Shown here in pieces: positions 32,654-43,509 of a stretch of 64,000 bases of DNA. Made by a program: the position numbers and the translations under genes. Numbering within the stretch: position 1 is the stretch's first letter; the number at the start of each line of letters is the position of its first letter. The stretch comes from Promethearchaeota archaeon (GTDB taxonomy: Archaea > Asgardarchaeota > Lokiarchaeia > Sigyniarchaeales > SOKP01), in assembly GCA_019058445.1 (NCBI GenBank), contig JAHPZA010000009.1, forward strand, positions 160,001 to 224,000, given 5' to 3'. The notes beneath the pieces were generated by a model, which was not told the DNA's origin, did not search any database, and saw only the letters and a list, made by a program, of their open reading frames with translations.

Positions 32654-33130
32654 ATGAAGTTCAGATATGGTTTTGTTAGTAATTCTTCATCTATGAGTTT
32701 CATTGTTGCTTTTCCAAATGAAATAAGAACAACTGAGGATCTTAGAAAACTAATTTTAGACAATTTGAATGAATCATATCAGATAACTGATCAGGGAGGG
32801 GAGGTTATAGATAAAGAAGAAATATTAATTGAATTATTTAAGCAAATTGAGAATCAAACTCCTAATGATGGAGATAAAGCAATTGATAGATTGAACGGAT
32901 ATATACTAGTACCAAAAGATGCGGGAGTAAATTGGAGTAAATACAATATAACAATACTTGAAAAACAAACTCTTACAATGCAAGAGGCTACAAATATTTT
33001 CGATGAGCTTAAAAAGGATGATAAGTATATATATACATTTATTTTCGATACAAGTGATTATATATATCAAGCTATATCCAGAAGTCTTCTATTCATTAAT
33101 TTCGATCATGTCCATATTGTAAACCATTAA
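32654..33130 (+). CDS. Hypothetical protein with N-terminal MKxRxGFVSNSSS motif
   Basis: MKFRYGFVSNSSSMSFIV; GAGGTG RBS. Confidence 0.75.
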   Translation: MKFRYGFVSNSSSMSFIVAFPNEIRTTEDLRKLILDNLNESYQITDQGGEVIDKEEILIELFKQIENQTPNDGDKAIDRLNGYILVPKDAGVNWSKYNITILEKQTLTMQEATNIFDELKKDDKYIYTFIFDTSDYIYQAISRSLLFINFDHVHIVNH

Positions 33131-33145
33131 CTTTAGATTTTTTAT

Positions 33146-34177
33146 TTAAATTTTAAAAACTGGACAGATTCTTTTATTTCGTATTAATTTTTTTCTAAAT
33201 CTTTTAATTTTTTCATTAAACCATATGTCATCGATAAAATTATTTACCTTTATAACATCTATACCTTCATACATCAATTCTCCTTCTAAAAATGAGCAAG
33301 GGTATGCTATTCCCTCAACATTTATATATTGGCTAAAACAATTACTTTCACATGATTCTATCATCATTTCTAAGAATTTCTTTTTTTCATTATTTTGAAT
33401 TATTTTTAAGAATTTTTTTGCCGAACAGCTATCAAATCCTATTGAAATTTTTTGGTTAAGAGCATACTGGACTAGATCAGAAAATTCAACTTGAGATATT
33501 GCATGAAAATCTTTACCTCTTCCCTTCTGCTTTAGACTTAAGAGAATTATAGCATTTAAGCTACTTAATCTAACATCATTTTTTGTCTTATCTATTAAAT
33601 CATAACAACCTTTTAGCGTTTCTTTTGTTACTAATTTATGAATATTTACTTGTTTTATCCCAACATTGATCAATAGTTCTACTGCATTAAAACAATATTC
33701 ATCATTATAGTGGCTAACCGCAACCGCACCACAATATTTTGCTAATCGTTTTGCCCATTTTTCATTAATTTTATATCCATTAATTGTTATATTGGGTACT
33801 ACCTGATTTTTTTGACAATATTCAAACATTTTCCATAAATCTTGATTTGCATCTAAATCACCAATACCAAATGCGATTTGAATTAAATTCTTAGGAAATT
33901 TGTCAAAAATTAATTTAAATGTTTCAAAACTCATATTTTTTCCATTAGTTGTATTAGATTTATAGCACCAAGGGCAACTACCACTACATATTGTTGATAC
34001 TTCAATATCTAAGATTTCAGGTCCGAAAGGGCTATATTCTGGATCATCTCGTTTATTTTTTCCCCACCTTGCGAAAAATCCATTTTCCATATTAAATATA
34101 TAGTTATACTCTTCGCTTTTTACAAATTTCACATTATTTTTATAATAAATCTCTTGATTAATTAAAAAAATCACCAT
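33146..34177 (-). CDS. Radical SAM protein with SPASM/twitch-like C-terminus
   Basis: CSGSCPWCY, CES...YI...G..YPCSF, terminal CP; true start may be the GTG near 34132. Confidence 0.9.
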   Translation of the reverse strand: MVIFLINQEIYYKNNVKFVKSEEYNYIFNMENGFFARWGKNKRDDPEYSPFGPEILDIEVSTICSGSCPWCYKSNTTNGKNMSFETFKLIFDKFPKNLIQIAFGIGDLDANQDLWKMFEYCQKNQVVPNITINGYKINEKWAKRLAKYCGAVAVSHYNDEYCFNAVELLINVGIKQVNIHKLVTKETLKGCYDLIDKTKNDVRLSSLNAIILLSLKQKGRGKDFHAISQVEFSDLVQYALNQKISIGFDSCSAKKFLKIIQNNEKKKFLEMMIESCESNCFSQYINVEGIAYPCSFLEGELMYEGIDVIKVNNFIDDIWFNEKIKRFRKKLIRNKRICPVFKI

Positions 34178-34225
34178 TTTGTTCCTGAATATAGGCTTCG
34201 CTTTTTACAAATTTCACATTATTTT
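34111..34225. repeat. 30-bp direct repeat duplicating the radical SAM start region
   Basis: CTTCGCTTTTTACAAATTTCACATTATTTT at 34111-34140 and 34196-34225. Confidence 0.9.
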
Positions 34226-34313
34226 AAAGTAAAACTCCTAATTAAAGATATTTAGGATATTAAATTATGATTATCAAAAAATTTTTCATGATTGAAAAAT
34301 TTGAACTAGAGAA

Positions 34314-36302
34314 TTATAATCTCATTTTTCTTATAATTTCGCTAGATTTACTATTAATTTTTTTTAAGATTTTGATAAGATCTGCAAAATCTTGGCAATT
34401 TTCTTCATTTATATATTTTTTTAGTAATATAAATAAATCTAATTTTAACTGATGAGCACTTAAATTGCTAATATTAATGTCTTCAATCAATTTTGAGTCA
34501 AATTCACCATTTTTATCTCTTTCCTTGATATTGTTGATTATTTGTTTAATTTGAGGGGTAATTTTTTTATCTTCTAAATATACATTATTAGCTATTAAAA
34601 TGTTCCAAGGTTCAATTGATTTCTGAAGTTCCTTAAAGGTTCTTTTAATGATTTCAAAAGGAATTAAATCTTCAATTTCTTTATTCTTTTCAAGAATAAA
34701 TAAGAAATCAATTGCATTCTGATATTTCTCAGGATTTTTCTTATACTTTTTATATTTTTTTGAACCCTCATCATCATTATCTATTAAGGCAATGAAATTT
34801 ATATTCGATTCTTGTGCTACTCTAATAAATGAGTCCAAATTATTTATTCCATTTATTGGGATTATAGAGATATAATTTAGATCCAAGAGATCTTCATTAT
34901 TTTTTTTAGCATAGTTAATTGCTAATTCTTCAATTAGTATTTTATCGGTTATTCCCTCAACAAATAAGTTGACTTCTCCAAAATTAGAGATACTTGAAAA
35001 ACTAAATCCAAGTGTATTGGATAAGAGAACATCATCGAAAATTCCCTCTTTTCTTGGTTGCCTTAATTTAGTTATACCTTCTTCCTTGTTTAAAAATATT
35101 ATCCTTTCAGGATGGTTTCTATTTATCATAAATGGTAAATGAGTTGTATAAATTATTTGATTATAAAGAGATAGTTTTTCAATCTCTTTTAGTAAATCTT
35201 TTTGCCCTCCTGGATGTAGATAAATACCTGGTTCATCCAATAGAATAACACAATTTTTAAGTTCATTGCCAAAATTTGCGTTAAAATGCAGTAAAAATGC
35301 AAAGAACCACTGAAATCCTAAACTTCTTCTTTTAGGATCAATAGTTTGTTCATTCTCCAAAAATCCTATATAAAGGGCATTATCTGTCCCAAGATATAAA
35401 TTAAGTTTAATATCTTGATATTGTGTCCAGCTCTCGTTTAAAATTTTACTTACTTTTTGATTAACTCTTCTTAGTATATTAATCCTTCTACCCTGATCAT
35501 TCGTCTTAATAAAGTCACTTAGATTAATATTCGCAATCTTGAAAAAATTATCTATTGAACGGTACTTGTTAACATTTGATTGTAATTCGGTTAAAAGAAT
35601 TTTACTAGGGATATAGTATTCATCTTTAAAACTCCAATTTATTAATTTAACATTTTCTAAAAGAGTATCCAAAATTGTATTTTCAGAAGATTCCATTAAA
35701 ATATCATCAACTTTGAAAACGATATTTTGTTTATGTTGATGACTTGCGAAATAATTTATTACCTTATCAACTATTTCTTTTGAGTTAGTTGCAAATTGAT
35801 AGGTTTTATTTTGTTCAATATGATGATTAGAGGGTAAAGAGATATTTTCGATGATCTCTGGTAAGGTAATATGAATTTGACCTGTAGGTAGAGTTCCATG
35901 AAATGATATTTTATAACCAGCTTCTCCTAAATTTATTTTTTCAGGAGTTTCAATCGTTCTATTTTTTCCTTCTATTTTAACTTTTAATTTATTTATATCT
36001 AAATTCGATATTAAATTCTTAATTTTATCAATATTAAATTTAAATTCAATCTCTGGTTTTGTCTCAAAAATATCTTCAACATAACAGCAGGTATCGCTAT
36101 CTTGCAGAATGTTAGGATTACTTAATGATTCAAAAGCCAATAGAAGATTTGTTTTTCCACATTCATTGGGGCCAACTAATGTATGGATGTTTTTTTTAAA
36201 TTCAATTGTTAAAGCATCATAGGTTCGATAATTTTTAAGCGTAATCTCATTGATAAAAATGGGATTTTTGGGATTTGTGTCTTTATTACTTAATTTTATC
36301 AC
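34314..36302 (-). CDS. OLD-family ABC ATPase with TOPRIM nuclease domain
   Basis: GPNECGKT, RSLGFQWF, LLDEPGIYLHP, YTTH, FVEGITD, LIDND. Confidence 0.88.
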   Translation of the reverse strand: MIKLSNKDTNPKNPIFINEITLKNYRTYDALTIEFKKNIHTLVGPNECGKTNLLLAFESLSNPNILQDSDTCCYVEDIFETKPEIEFKFNIDKIKNLISNLDINKLKVKIEGKNRTIETPEKINLGEAGYKISFHGTLPTGQIHITLPEIIENISLPSNHHIEQNKTYQFATNSKEIVDKVINYFASHQHKQNIVFKVDDILMESSENTILDTLLENVKLINWSFKDEYYIPSKILLTELQSNVNKYRSIDNFFKIANINLSDFIKTNDQGRRINILRRVNQKVSKILNESWTQYQDIKLNLYLGTDNALYIGFLENEQTIDPKRRSLGFQWFFAFLLHFNANFGNELKNCVILLDEPGIYLHPGGQKDLLKEIEKLSLYNQIIYTTHLPFMINRNHPERIIFLNKEEGITKLRQPRKEGIFDDVLLSNTLGFSFSSISNFGEVNLFVEGITDKILIEELAINYAKKNNEDLLDLNYISIIPINGINNLDSFIRVAQESNINFIALIDNDDEGSKKYKKYKKNPEKYQNAIDFLFILEKNKEIEDLIPFEIIKRTFKELQKSIEPWNILIANNVYLEDKKITPQIKQIINNIKERDKNGEFDSKLIEDINISNLSAHQLKLDLFILLKKYINEENCQDFADLIKILKKINSKSSEIIRKMRL

Positions 36303-36411
36303 CGAATTTTTATTCTTTATAAAAAATTATGATTTATGATTTAAATATTTATAAAATAGTCAAAAAATATTTTCTAAAATTGTCTATTCTTTTAATTTTA
36401 ATTTTTTAGAT

Positions 36412-37188
36412 TTAGTTAAAATATTTTTCTTGATTGTCTTCTATTTCTTTAATTCCCATTTTATTAATTATTGCGCCTTCTTTATTTAAATGGATTAATT
36501 TTTCCTTGTATAAACCATTTAAGTATGTTGATATATAAGAAGCTTGTTTTGGTTTCAAAATTAAGTTTAACTCTTGTCGTGTCATTCTCTTTGGAAATTG
36601 ATATAAAATTAGTAATAATTCTTCCTTAAATTTCAATCCTTTTTTAAGAATCATTATTTCACCATCTTCGAATTGCTCAATAGTAGGTATTTTTCTTTCC
36701 ATAACTGAGTTAGTTAAAATTATGGCATCTTCAAAAGAAATATCGAAATATATTAGTATTAATTGAGATATTACCCAATTACACGCTGTAATAACAAATT
36801 CAAAATCGATTAAATCAGCATTAGTCATTTTTATATGTGCTACTCTTTTTTTACTCCTGATGGAAAAAATAGCTTTTAGAGTTTGTGGAATGACCAAATA
36901 TAACATTTCTTCTTTAGCAGAAGTTTTAGGTAATCTCAACAAGTCATTATAAAAATTTCCAAATTCTATCTTGTTTAAGTTAATATTTATTAATGGTTCA
37001 GATAACTGCTTGAGACATGCAATACAAATTTCACTAAACCTAGCAGCATGTAATAGCCCTTTGGTTACATCACCTAACCAGTAGGCGGACTTAGATCTTT
37101 CAAACTCAAAAAGAAGCTCTTTTGCGAATGATTGACCAAAAATATTTTGAAATTTTTTCATTAAAGATTTCTGACTCATAATTGACAA
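36412..37188 (-). CDS. HEPN-like protein with C-terminal wHTH
   Basis: RFSE helix, IRSKKRVAH (Rx-H motif), wHTH-like tail. Confidence 0.6.
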   Translation of the reverse strand: MSIMSQKSLMKKFQNIFGQSFAKELLFEFERSKSAYWLGDVTKGLLHAARFSEICIACLKQLSEPLININLNKIEFGNFYNDLLRLPKTSAKEEMLYLVIPQTLKAIFSIRSKKRVAHIKMTNADLIDFEFVITACNWVISQLILIYFDISFEDAIILTNSVMERKIPTIEQFEDGEIMILKKGLKFKEELLLILYQFPKRMTRQELNLILKPKQASYISTYLNGLYKEKLIHLNKEGAIINKMGIKEIEDNQEKYFN

Positions 37189-38546
37189 TCCTCTGTTTCT
37201 AAATATGTCTTTAGCATTTCAATAGCTTGGTTCTCACCTCCATGTGTCAGTTGCATAGCAGATTTAGGTTTATTTGCTGAAAAATACATCTTATAATATT
37301 TATTGCTGTTCAATAAATCCAATCGATCATAAGAAACCCCGCTATTCTTTAATAGAATTTTTCCAGAAAAATTCTTAACATCATATACTTTTTTTAATAT
37401 AACACCTAACAACATTAAGGTTTTGATTTGTATTCTTTTTCTTATATTTTCTCTTAATGGAACACACATTCGGATTCCATCATTCTGGAAATCAAATAAT
37501 GTTCTTAACTTTTCTTCATCTAATCCATTTCTTTCGGCAAAAAAAGTTATATTTTGATTTAATTCTTCTTCATTAATCGAGATTTTATCAGATTGTTCAT
37601 TTTTAATTTTGCTTTTAAATTTTAAATCAAAATTTGAAGTATTTTCTATAATATCTTTCAATAATATAATACCCTTCTGGAATCCAAGAGGTGTAATTCT
37701 ATAAGAGGTGTTTGTACTTCCTATAGGTCCCCGCTTATGCACTATATATGTAGAATAGTTTTTCAAAGTGGTGCTCATGTATTTTACTGGTACTCCTGCA
37801 TCTAATAAACATTTCCTAAATTCAGAAGATTGAATTTCATCCAAACCATACATTAATTTGTGAACTGTAAGGAATAATAAGGTTGCTTTAATATGGCTCT
37901 CTTTATTCGATACGCCTTTCCATCCTCTTAACAAAATAATCTCGTTATCTACAACATTAATTATTGAATGTAGATTATCCACAGTTAAATTGTACTTTTC
38001 AAGTTTGTTTTCCAATAATTCCTCATCCAATTTTTTATCTATTTTTTGTGATACTGGTTCAGAAATTTGTCTTCTTTTTGTAGATTTTTTTTTTACTGGG
38101 ACTCTTTGTTTTTTAGATGTCATTATGGCACTATTCTTTTCTTTAATCAGATATTTGTGAGTTAGGGTGTCTAATTGTTTCTCTATTTCATAGTATTTAA
38201 TGGTGTATGAATCATTTTCTATACCTACGATTTTATTTTTGACATAATTTCCTAATGGTCCAGATACTGTTGTCTGAGCAATATCAATACTTTCACTAAT
38301 AAACCTTGAAGTTATTTGTACATCTTTGTTAAGATTTAATTCCTTTGAGAAATAGATTCCGATAAGAAAAATAATTATTTTTTCTTTTACAGTTAATGGA
38401 AATTCTGGTGAAATGATGATTTTACCTGTTTTACTCTCTATTTTTAAGAAAGGTTTTGATTTTTCAACCAACCTTCTTAAGTCTTCAAGAGTGTGTTCTT
38501 CATCAACTATGAGGTCTTTTAGTATTTCAAGTTTTTTGTCGTCCAT
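37176..38546 (-). CDS. Protein with three wHTH-like modules, overlapping the HEPN-like gene
   Basis: Repeated units ending YTIKY / YRITPLG / MQLTHGG; 13-nt overlap. Confidence 0.55.
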   Translation of the reverse strand: MDDKKLEILKDLIVDEEHTLEDLRRLVEKSKPFLKIESKTGKIIISPEFPLTVKEKIIIFLIGIYFSKELNLNKDVQITSRFISESIDIAQTTVSGPLGNYVKNKIVGIENDSYTIKYYEIEKQLDTLTHKYLIKEKNSAIMTSKKQRVPVKKKSTKRRQISEPVSQKIDKKLDEELLENKLEKYNLTVDNLHSIINVVDNEIILLRGWKGVSNKESHIKATLLFLTVHKLMYGLDEIQSSEFRKCLLDAGVPVKYMSTTLKNYSTYIVHKRGPIGSTNTSYRITPLGFQKGIILLKDIIENTSNFDLKFKSKIKNEQSDKISINEEELNQNITFFAERNGLDEEKLRTLFDFQNDGIRMCVPLRENIRKRIQIKTLMLLGVILKKVYDVKNFSGKILLKNSGVSYDRLDLLNSNKYYKMYFSANKPKSAMQLTHGGENQAIEMLKTYLETEDCQL

Positions 38547-38848
38547 TTTATTTTTACTCCTTTGATTTATATTATTATATAATAATACACTTTAATAAAC
38601 TTTTTCATACATATTTACATAGTATGAGGTAATAATATGAAAAGCCAATAATAATCGTTCCTCATTTTATATTGTATGAATCTCTCTTAGAATCTGTTAT
38701 TTACCTTATAATTTTATTATTAATATTTTGTCTTTCAATTTGAATTAAATTATAAAAGAATTATAATGATTCATAGTAGTATGAACAATCAATATCTTCT
38801 ATTAAGAGAAAATTACATAGCAGTATAAAATATAAAATGAATAGAAGG

Positions 38849-38956
38849 ATGGTTAAGTTGTCAAGATTAAAGGGATATAGAAACAGGAGATAGACTCTAT
38901 TTTTGTCTATAGAGGGTGAAATCCAATGATATACCTAATGATTCTTGCTAATCCAT
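38849..38956 (+). repeat. Structured dispersed element, copy 1
   Basis: GGAGA-hairpin-AGAGGGTGAAATCCAATG inside an enclosing stem. Confidence 0.65.
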
Positions 38957-39020
38957 GTAATATTTTTACCTAAGAGTATATAAATACTACTGTAGATTAT
39001 TATTATTAGACCAAAAACCA

Positions 39021-39141
39021 TGACTCCTGCCACACCCTGGATTTTTGTCTTTTGGTTAGTGTATGAAAATACACTCTGATTTTGCCCTCCTCCCCCTATT
39101 TAATTTTTAACCTTGTATTGAGGTTGAGTGGCAAGGAGTCA
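39021..39141. ncRNA. Candidate multi-stem structured RNA/DNA element
   Basis: TGACTCCTGCCAC / GTGGCAAGGAGTCA closing stem, AGTGTAT-GAAA-ATACACT and AACCT...AGGTT hairpins. Confidence 0.55.
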
Positions 39142-39235
39142 CCTTTTCAAAAAATATTTATTCAAATTCAAAAATATTTATACTAAAGACAAAACACAGA
39201 TTTCAAAAAAAATTCAATTATAGGATTTATTTAAA

Positions 39236-41047
39236 ATGGTATGCCCAATATGTGGAGAAATTAGACTCTCAGATCCAGAAAAATATTTAATTTGTCCAAA
39301 ATGCGATAACTATTGCAAAATCTATTCTCGTGAAGAAACAAGGGAGTATATGAAGAAAAAAATTAGAGAAGGATATCGTTTGTTTTATAATTTAGTTGTT
39401 CCATATAATTTAAGCAAGATTATTATAAATCTTCATAATTTTAGAAATATTTCTTTTCCTGAAGGATCTTTTTTTAGTCGTTATTTTCATTCCTCATTAG
39501 GAATTGGTTTAATTTTAAAGAAATGGGACAAATTAAATAGAATTTCCAAAAATATTGATCTTGATTCATATCTCATGTCAAATATTATAATGCGATGCAA
39601 GGATATCTACTTAGTTAAACATTATTTATTTTTTACTAAGTTTGACGGTGTAAGATTAATAAACCGTTATTCTGACAATTCTGTCGGATTTAAATATACT
39701 GAGAATTGGAAACCTTATTTAAAAAGAGCAATTCTTAATGGATCTTACCCTAATGATAATTTAGATTCTTTATTTTTAAATAAAAAAGATTTTAATTTGT
39801 TTTCAGCAGTTTTATTTAAAAATATAATATTAAAAAAATTGCATGATAAAAATCCTGATTATTATTATATTACTGATGCATTAAAGAAATTTCAAAATTT
39901 TATTTTTCATTATCCTTGGAGAGATTATTTTAAGGTTAAAAAGACACAAAAAAGCATCGATAATTATATAGAATTTTGTGATTTTTTTAAGAATAAGAGT
40001 TTTTTTTCGCGAAGAGAAATCTCTGAGATTGGAATAAATAAAAAAAAATATATCAACAATAATTGGGTTTCTTCTCCTAATAATTCAACTAATTTTCCAA
40101 TAATAATAAGACTTAAAAGAAATTGGTATATTCCAAACGTTTTGTATGATTTTTGTAGAAGCTTTTATGATCTGTACTCTTCTAAAAAGAAATCTTTTTT
40201 TCGAAGATATCAGAACGATATTGGCAGCCTTTTTGAAGATAAAGTATCTATTTTATTAAAAATATTTAATCTAGACTTATATACACCTGAAAAACCAAAA
40301 AAAAAATTAGTTCGACTCCAATATCAAGGAAAAGAATTTTTAGATATAGGAGCATTTTATCATCCCTTAAAATATTTTTTTATAATAGAATGTAAAAATA
40401 AATCATTCGTAAAAATTAGTGATTATAATCCCGTGAATTTGAATCAAAATATTCTGAGTGAATTTGAAAAATTTCGAGATCGTGATATCCCTCGTATAAA
40501 AAAACTTCTCAATACATGGGATTTAGATTATACCATAATCCCCCTTTTTTTCAATTTAGTTCCTTTAGTAGGAGAATTAGCAGATAAATCTTATTTTTAT
40601 AATAAAGATGGAATAACTATAATTCAAAATTTTGCAGAAATCTCACTCTTTATTTATCATTTACTAAAAGAAAAAGGCAAATCATTTCATGAAATATACC
40701 ATTTTCCAGAAAAATTGATGAAGGTTATTAATGACAAAAATTTTTTAAAAGATGTAGATTATAAGCATGAGCAAGATATAGGTACGTTATTAGGAGAAAA
40801 ATCTGAACGATATCTAATCATACATGGAGAATTTATTAATTTTGATGATTTAGATATAAAAAAAGAATTGAATGTTAAGACAGAGTTCCAAGGCAAGAAA
40901 ATTGACCTATCAATTATTATTCCTCCAGAATTGGAAGAATATATCAAAGATCTTAATTTATATAAAGGAGATATAATTAGTATAATTGTTTATAGGTTAG
41001 AAGAACACACATCAATCTATTTTTTAGGAAGAATTTGGAAATTATAA
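39236..41047 (+). CDS. Zn-ribbon plus PD-(D/E)XK (NERD-like) nuclease protein
   Basis: CPIC..CPKC; GSLFED, EFLDIG, IIECK. Confidence 0.7.
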   Translation: MVCPICGEIRLSDPEKYLICPKCDNYCKIYSREETREYMKKKIREGYRLFYNLVVPYNLSKIIINLHNFRNISFPEGSFFSRYFHSSLGIGLILKKWDKLNRISKNIDLDSYLMSNIIMRCKDIYLVKHYLFFTKFDGVRLINRYSDNSVGFKYTENWKPYLKRAILNGSYPNDNLDSLFLNKKDFNLFSAVLFKNIILKKLHDKNPDYYYITDALKKFQNFIFHYPWRDYFKVKKTQKSIDNYIEFCDFFKNKSFFSRREISEIGINKKKYINNNWVSSPNNSTNFPIIIRLKRNWYIPNVLYDFCRSFYDLYSSKKKSFFRRYQNDIGSLFEDKVSILLKIFNLDLYTPEKPKKKLVRLQYQGKEFLDIGAFYHPLKYFFIIECKNKSFVKISDYNPVNLNQNILSEFEKFRDRDIPRIKKLLNTWDLDYTIIPLFFNLVPLVGELADKSYFYNKDGITIIQNFAEISLFIYHLLKEKGKSFHEIYHFPEKLMKVINDKNFLKDVDYKHEQDIGTLLGEKSERYLIIHGEFINFDDLDIKKELNVKTEFQGKKIDLSIIIPPELEEYIKDLNLYKGDIISIIVYRLEEHTSIYFLGRIWKL

Positions 41048-41271
41048 ATCAGTATTAGAAATGATATTTATAATAATTATGAAGACAATAGAATAATACT
41101 CAAGAATTAAGAATATAATTTTCAAGTTCCATATCTTAAGAATTTGAATAGATATGTGATTAAATAATATAAATTAGATTAAAGAGAGAATACTATGATC
41201 TCATTTCTTATTTTATATCAATAGGAAAAATAAAAAAAATGTAAATTATTTAAGAATTCTGTTTTATTTGC

Positions 41272-42657
41272 TTACTTTTTGGTCATAAAATAATATCCTA
41301 TAATAAACTCTATTATAATTAAGAATACTTGGTTAAATGCAATTATTGGAAGAATAAACATAAGACCGCATATAGCAACCATACCATTTACTGAAATACT
41401 GGCTACAAGATCTTTGGGTAAATACATTAAGAAATTTGTAGTCTTAATTTTATCTAATTGGTCTTCAATTTTTTCAATAGTATTCAATATATCATCTGAT
41501 AATTCTTCAACACTATCTGTTATAATAGTTAGTCCACCAATAATCTCATTAAATTGACAGTTTATCCACGGTTTTATATGGTTCATCATGATCTCTTGGA
41601 TATTTATTCCAAATGCTATAGTAATTAATGCTATAGTTGATGCAAGAATAATATTCAAAAAATCTAAAGGTTGATTGCTAGAGCTGATGAATAAAGCACT
41701 TAATACGATTGTAATGATTAAAATTATTATTAATCCTATTTGCTCAAGAAGACTCTTGCTTTTCACAGTTAATGTACTTACCAAATCTGTAAATGAATCT
41801 ATTTTTGCATTAACTTTTTCCCTTAAATTTTCGACTTTTCTCGTAAGTTTTGTTACATCTTTTTTAAATTCACGTAATAGCCTTAATGTCCAATCTTCTA
41901 TATCTTTTAATCGATCTTCAACGTTTTCAATTAAATCAGGGATAATTGGCATACGAGATATGGTTCCATACATTTCAGGTATATCCACAACGAATTGTTT
42001 AGGGAGAACATCTTTAGGTTTAATTCCATAATAAACTAAAATAATATTTAAAATAATTATAAAATGTAATGGAATAGTCAATAACGTAAAAATGTAATAA
42101 AGTGAAACAAAGGTCACACTTATCATGAGAATACCTCTTACTATCCCCCCAGGTAAAATTAATGTTTCTTTTTCACGATCCTTCTTTTTATTATTATTAT
42201 TCTTATCATCTTCTTTTTTAACAAGTAACTCCCAACAGTTTTCTTTTTCAGAAAGTAATTCTTCTAATTTATCTAAGTTTATTTTTTTAGAGATTTCTTT
42301 TACCATATCTTCTTTAAGATCTTTTCTATCTTTTATTTCTGCTCTACTTTTATCTATTTCTGTTTTGATTGGACCTAGCTGCTCTTTTATCTTATTTGTC
42401 TTGTTCTTTTCACTTTCAAGTTTTTGCTTAATAGTCTCAAAATTTCTGTTAAAAAAAAGACGGATTAAAAGTAAAAGTATTATGGAAATTATTATATATA
42501 CAATTAGAGCTATAAGATGTGGCATATAACTCTGAAAAAGAAACATATAAAATATTAACCCAGCAACTATAACATTCGAAATAATCCAAGTATATGTAAA
42601 AGTATTTTTTGACTTCTCTCTTCTTTTTAAATCAATATCTGAACTTTTACTAGACAT
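41272..42657 (-). CDS. Membrane protein with alternating TM hairpins and coiled coils
   Basis: Four TM pairs; LPGGIVRG and LPKDLVAS internal repeat. Confidence 0.6.
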   Translation of the reverse strand: MSSKSSDIDLKRREKSKNTFTYTWIISNVIVAGLIFYMFLFQSYMPHLIALIVYIIISIILLLLIRLFFNRNFETIKQKLESEKNKTNKIKEQLGPIKTEIDKSRAEIKDRKDLKEDMVKEISKKINLDKLEELLSEKENCWELLVKKEDDKNNNNKKKDREKETLILPGGIVRGILMISVTFVSLYYIFTLLTIPLHFIIILNIILVYYGIKPKDVLPKQFVVDIPEMYGTISRMPIIPDLIENVEDRLKDIEDWTLRLLREFKKDVTKLTRKVENLREKVNAKIDSFTDLVSTLTVKSKSLLEQIGLIIILIITIVLSALFISSSNQPLDFLNIILASTIALITIAFGINIQEIMMNHIKPWINCQFNEIIGGLTIITDSVEELSDDILNTIEKIEDQLDKIKTTNFLMYLPKDLVASISVNGMVAICGLMFILPIIAFNQVFLIIIEFIIGYYFMTKK

Positions 42658-43122
42658 CTAAAATACCCTCTATTTATTATTCAAATATGAACTTTGGAAA
42701 TTAAATTGAATTTTGAAGATTTTTGTAAAATTTTAGTACTTAAAATATTACAAAATTGTTATTTAAACTTTTTGAACTATAAGAATCAAAAATAACAATA
42801 TCTTATCTGTAAATAATTATTCAACTCCTTCTTAGTTTTAGACTAATTTAACAGTGTGAATTAATATTAAATATCAGCAATAAATAATATAAGGAAAATT
42901 CTTTCATAATTAACTAAAAGACAGAATTTATTTTTTTGATTTAAGACTAAATTCATAATTTTTTATGAAAAAAGCTGTCTAAAATCTTTTTAGTGGATCA
43001 AATAATGAGCTCATATAATCTACTTACATTGAAAATCGTATTAGATGAAGTTTAATGTAAAAATATTTAAAAACATGTACTTCATTTAGAGGTTAGCTTT
43101 TGATTAAAATTCCTTTAATAAA

Positions 43123-43509
43123 GTGTTTTATATGAGCAATGGTGAAGAAAATCAAGATGAGAGATTTTTAAGATTTCTTTCTGAAATTACAGGAATCGTC
43201 ATGGCTATTCTTATCTCTGCCTTTGTACAAATAGAGGACAGTATTAAAAACGACTCAATATATTTTTGGTATATTTTAGGTCTTCCTTGTATTTTTCTGA
43301 GTTTTATATTTTCAATTTGGGCATTCATCCTAGAAAATAGAAACGCATTTCAGAATAATGGACGTTGGTATCAAAGAATTAGTAGAAATAGGTTCTATAG
43401 GGTTATAATGGTTTTATTTATTTTGAGTTTGATTTTTTTACTCGCAATCCCTTATATAATAAGGAGTATATACTTTTGGAGTAATTTCAAGGAAATCATG
43501 TGTAATTAA
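43123..43509 (+). CDS. Small 3-TM membrane protein
   Basis: Hydrophobic helices. Confidence 0.6.
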   Translation: MFYMSNGEENQDERFLRFLSEITGIVMAILISAFVQIEDSIKNDSIYFWYILGLPCIFLSFIFSIWAFILENRNAFQNNGRWYQRISRNRFYRVIMVLFILSLIFLLAIPYIIRSIYFWSNFKEIMCN

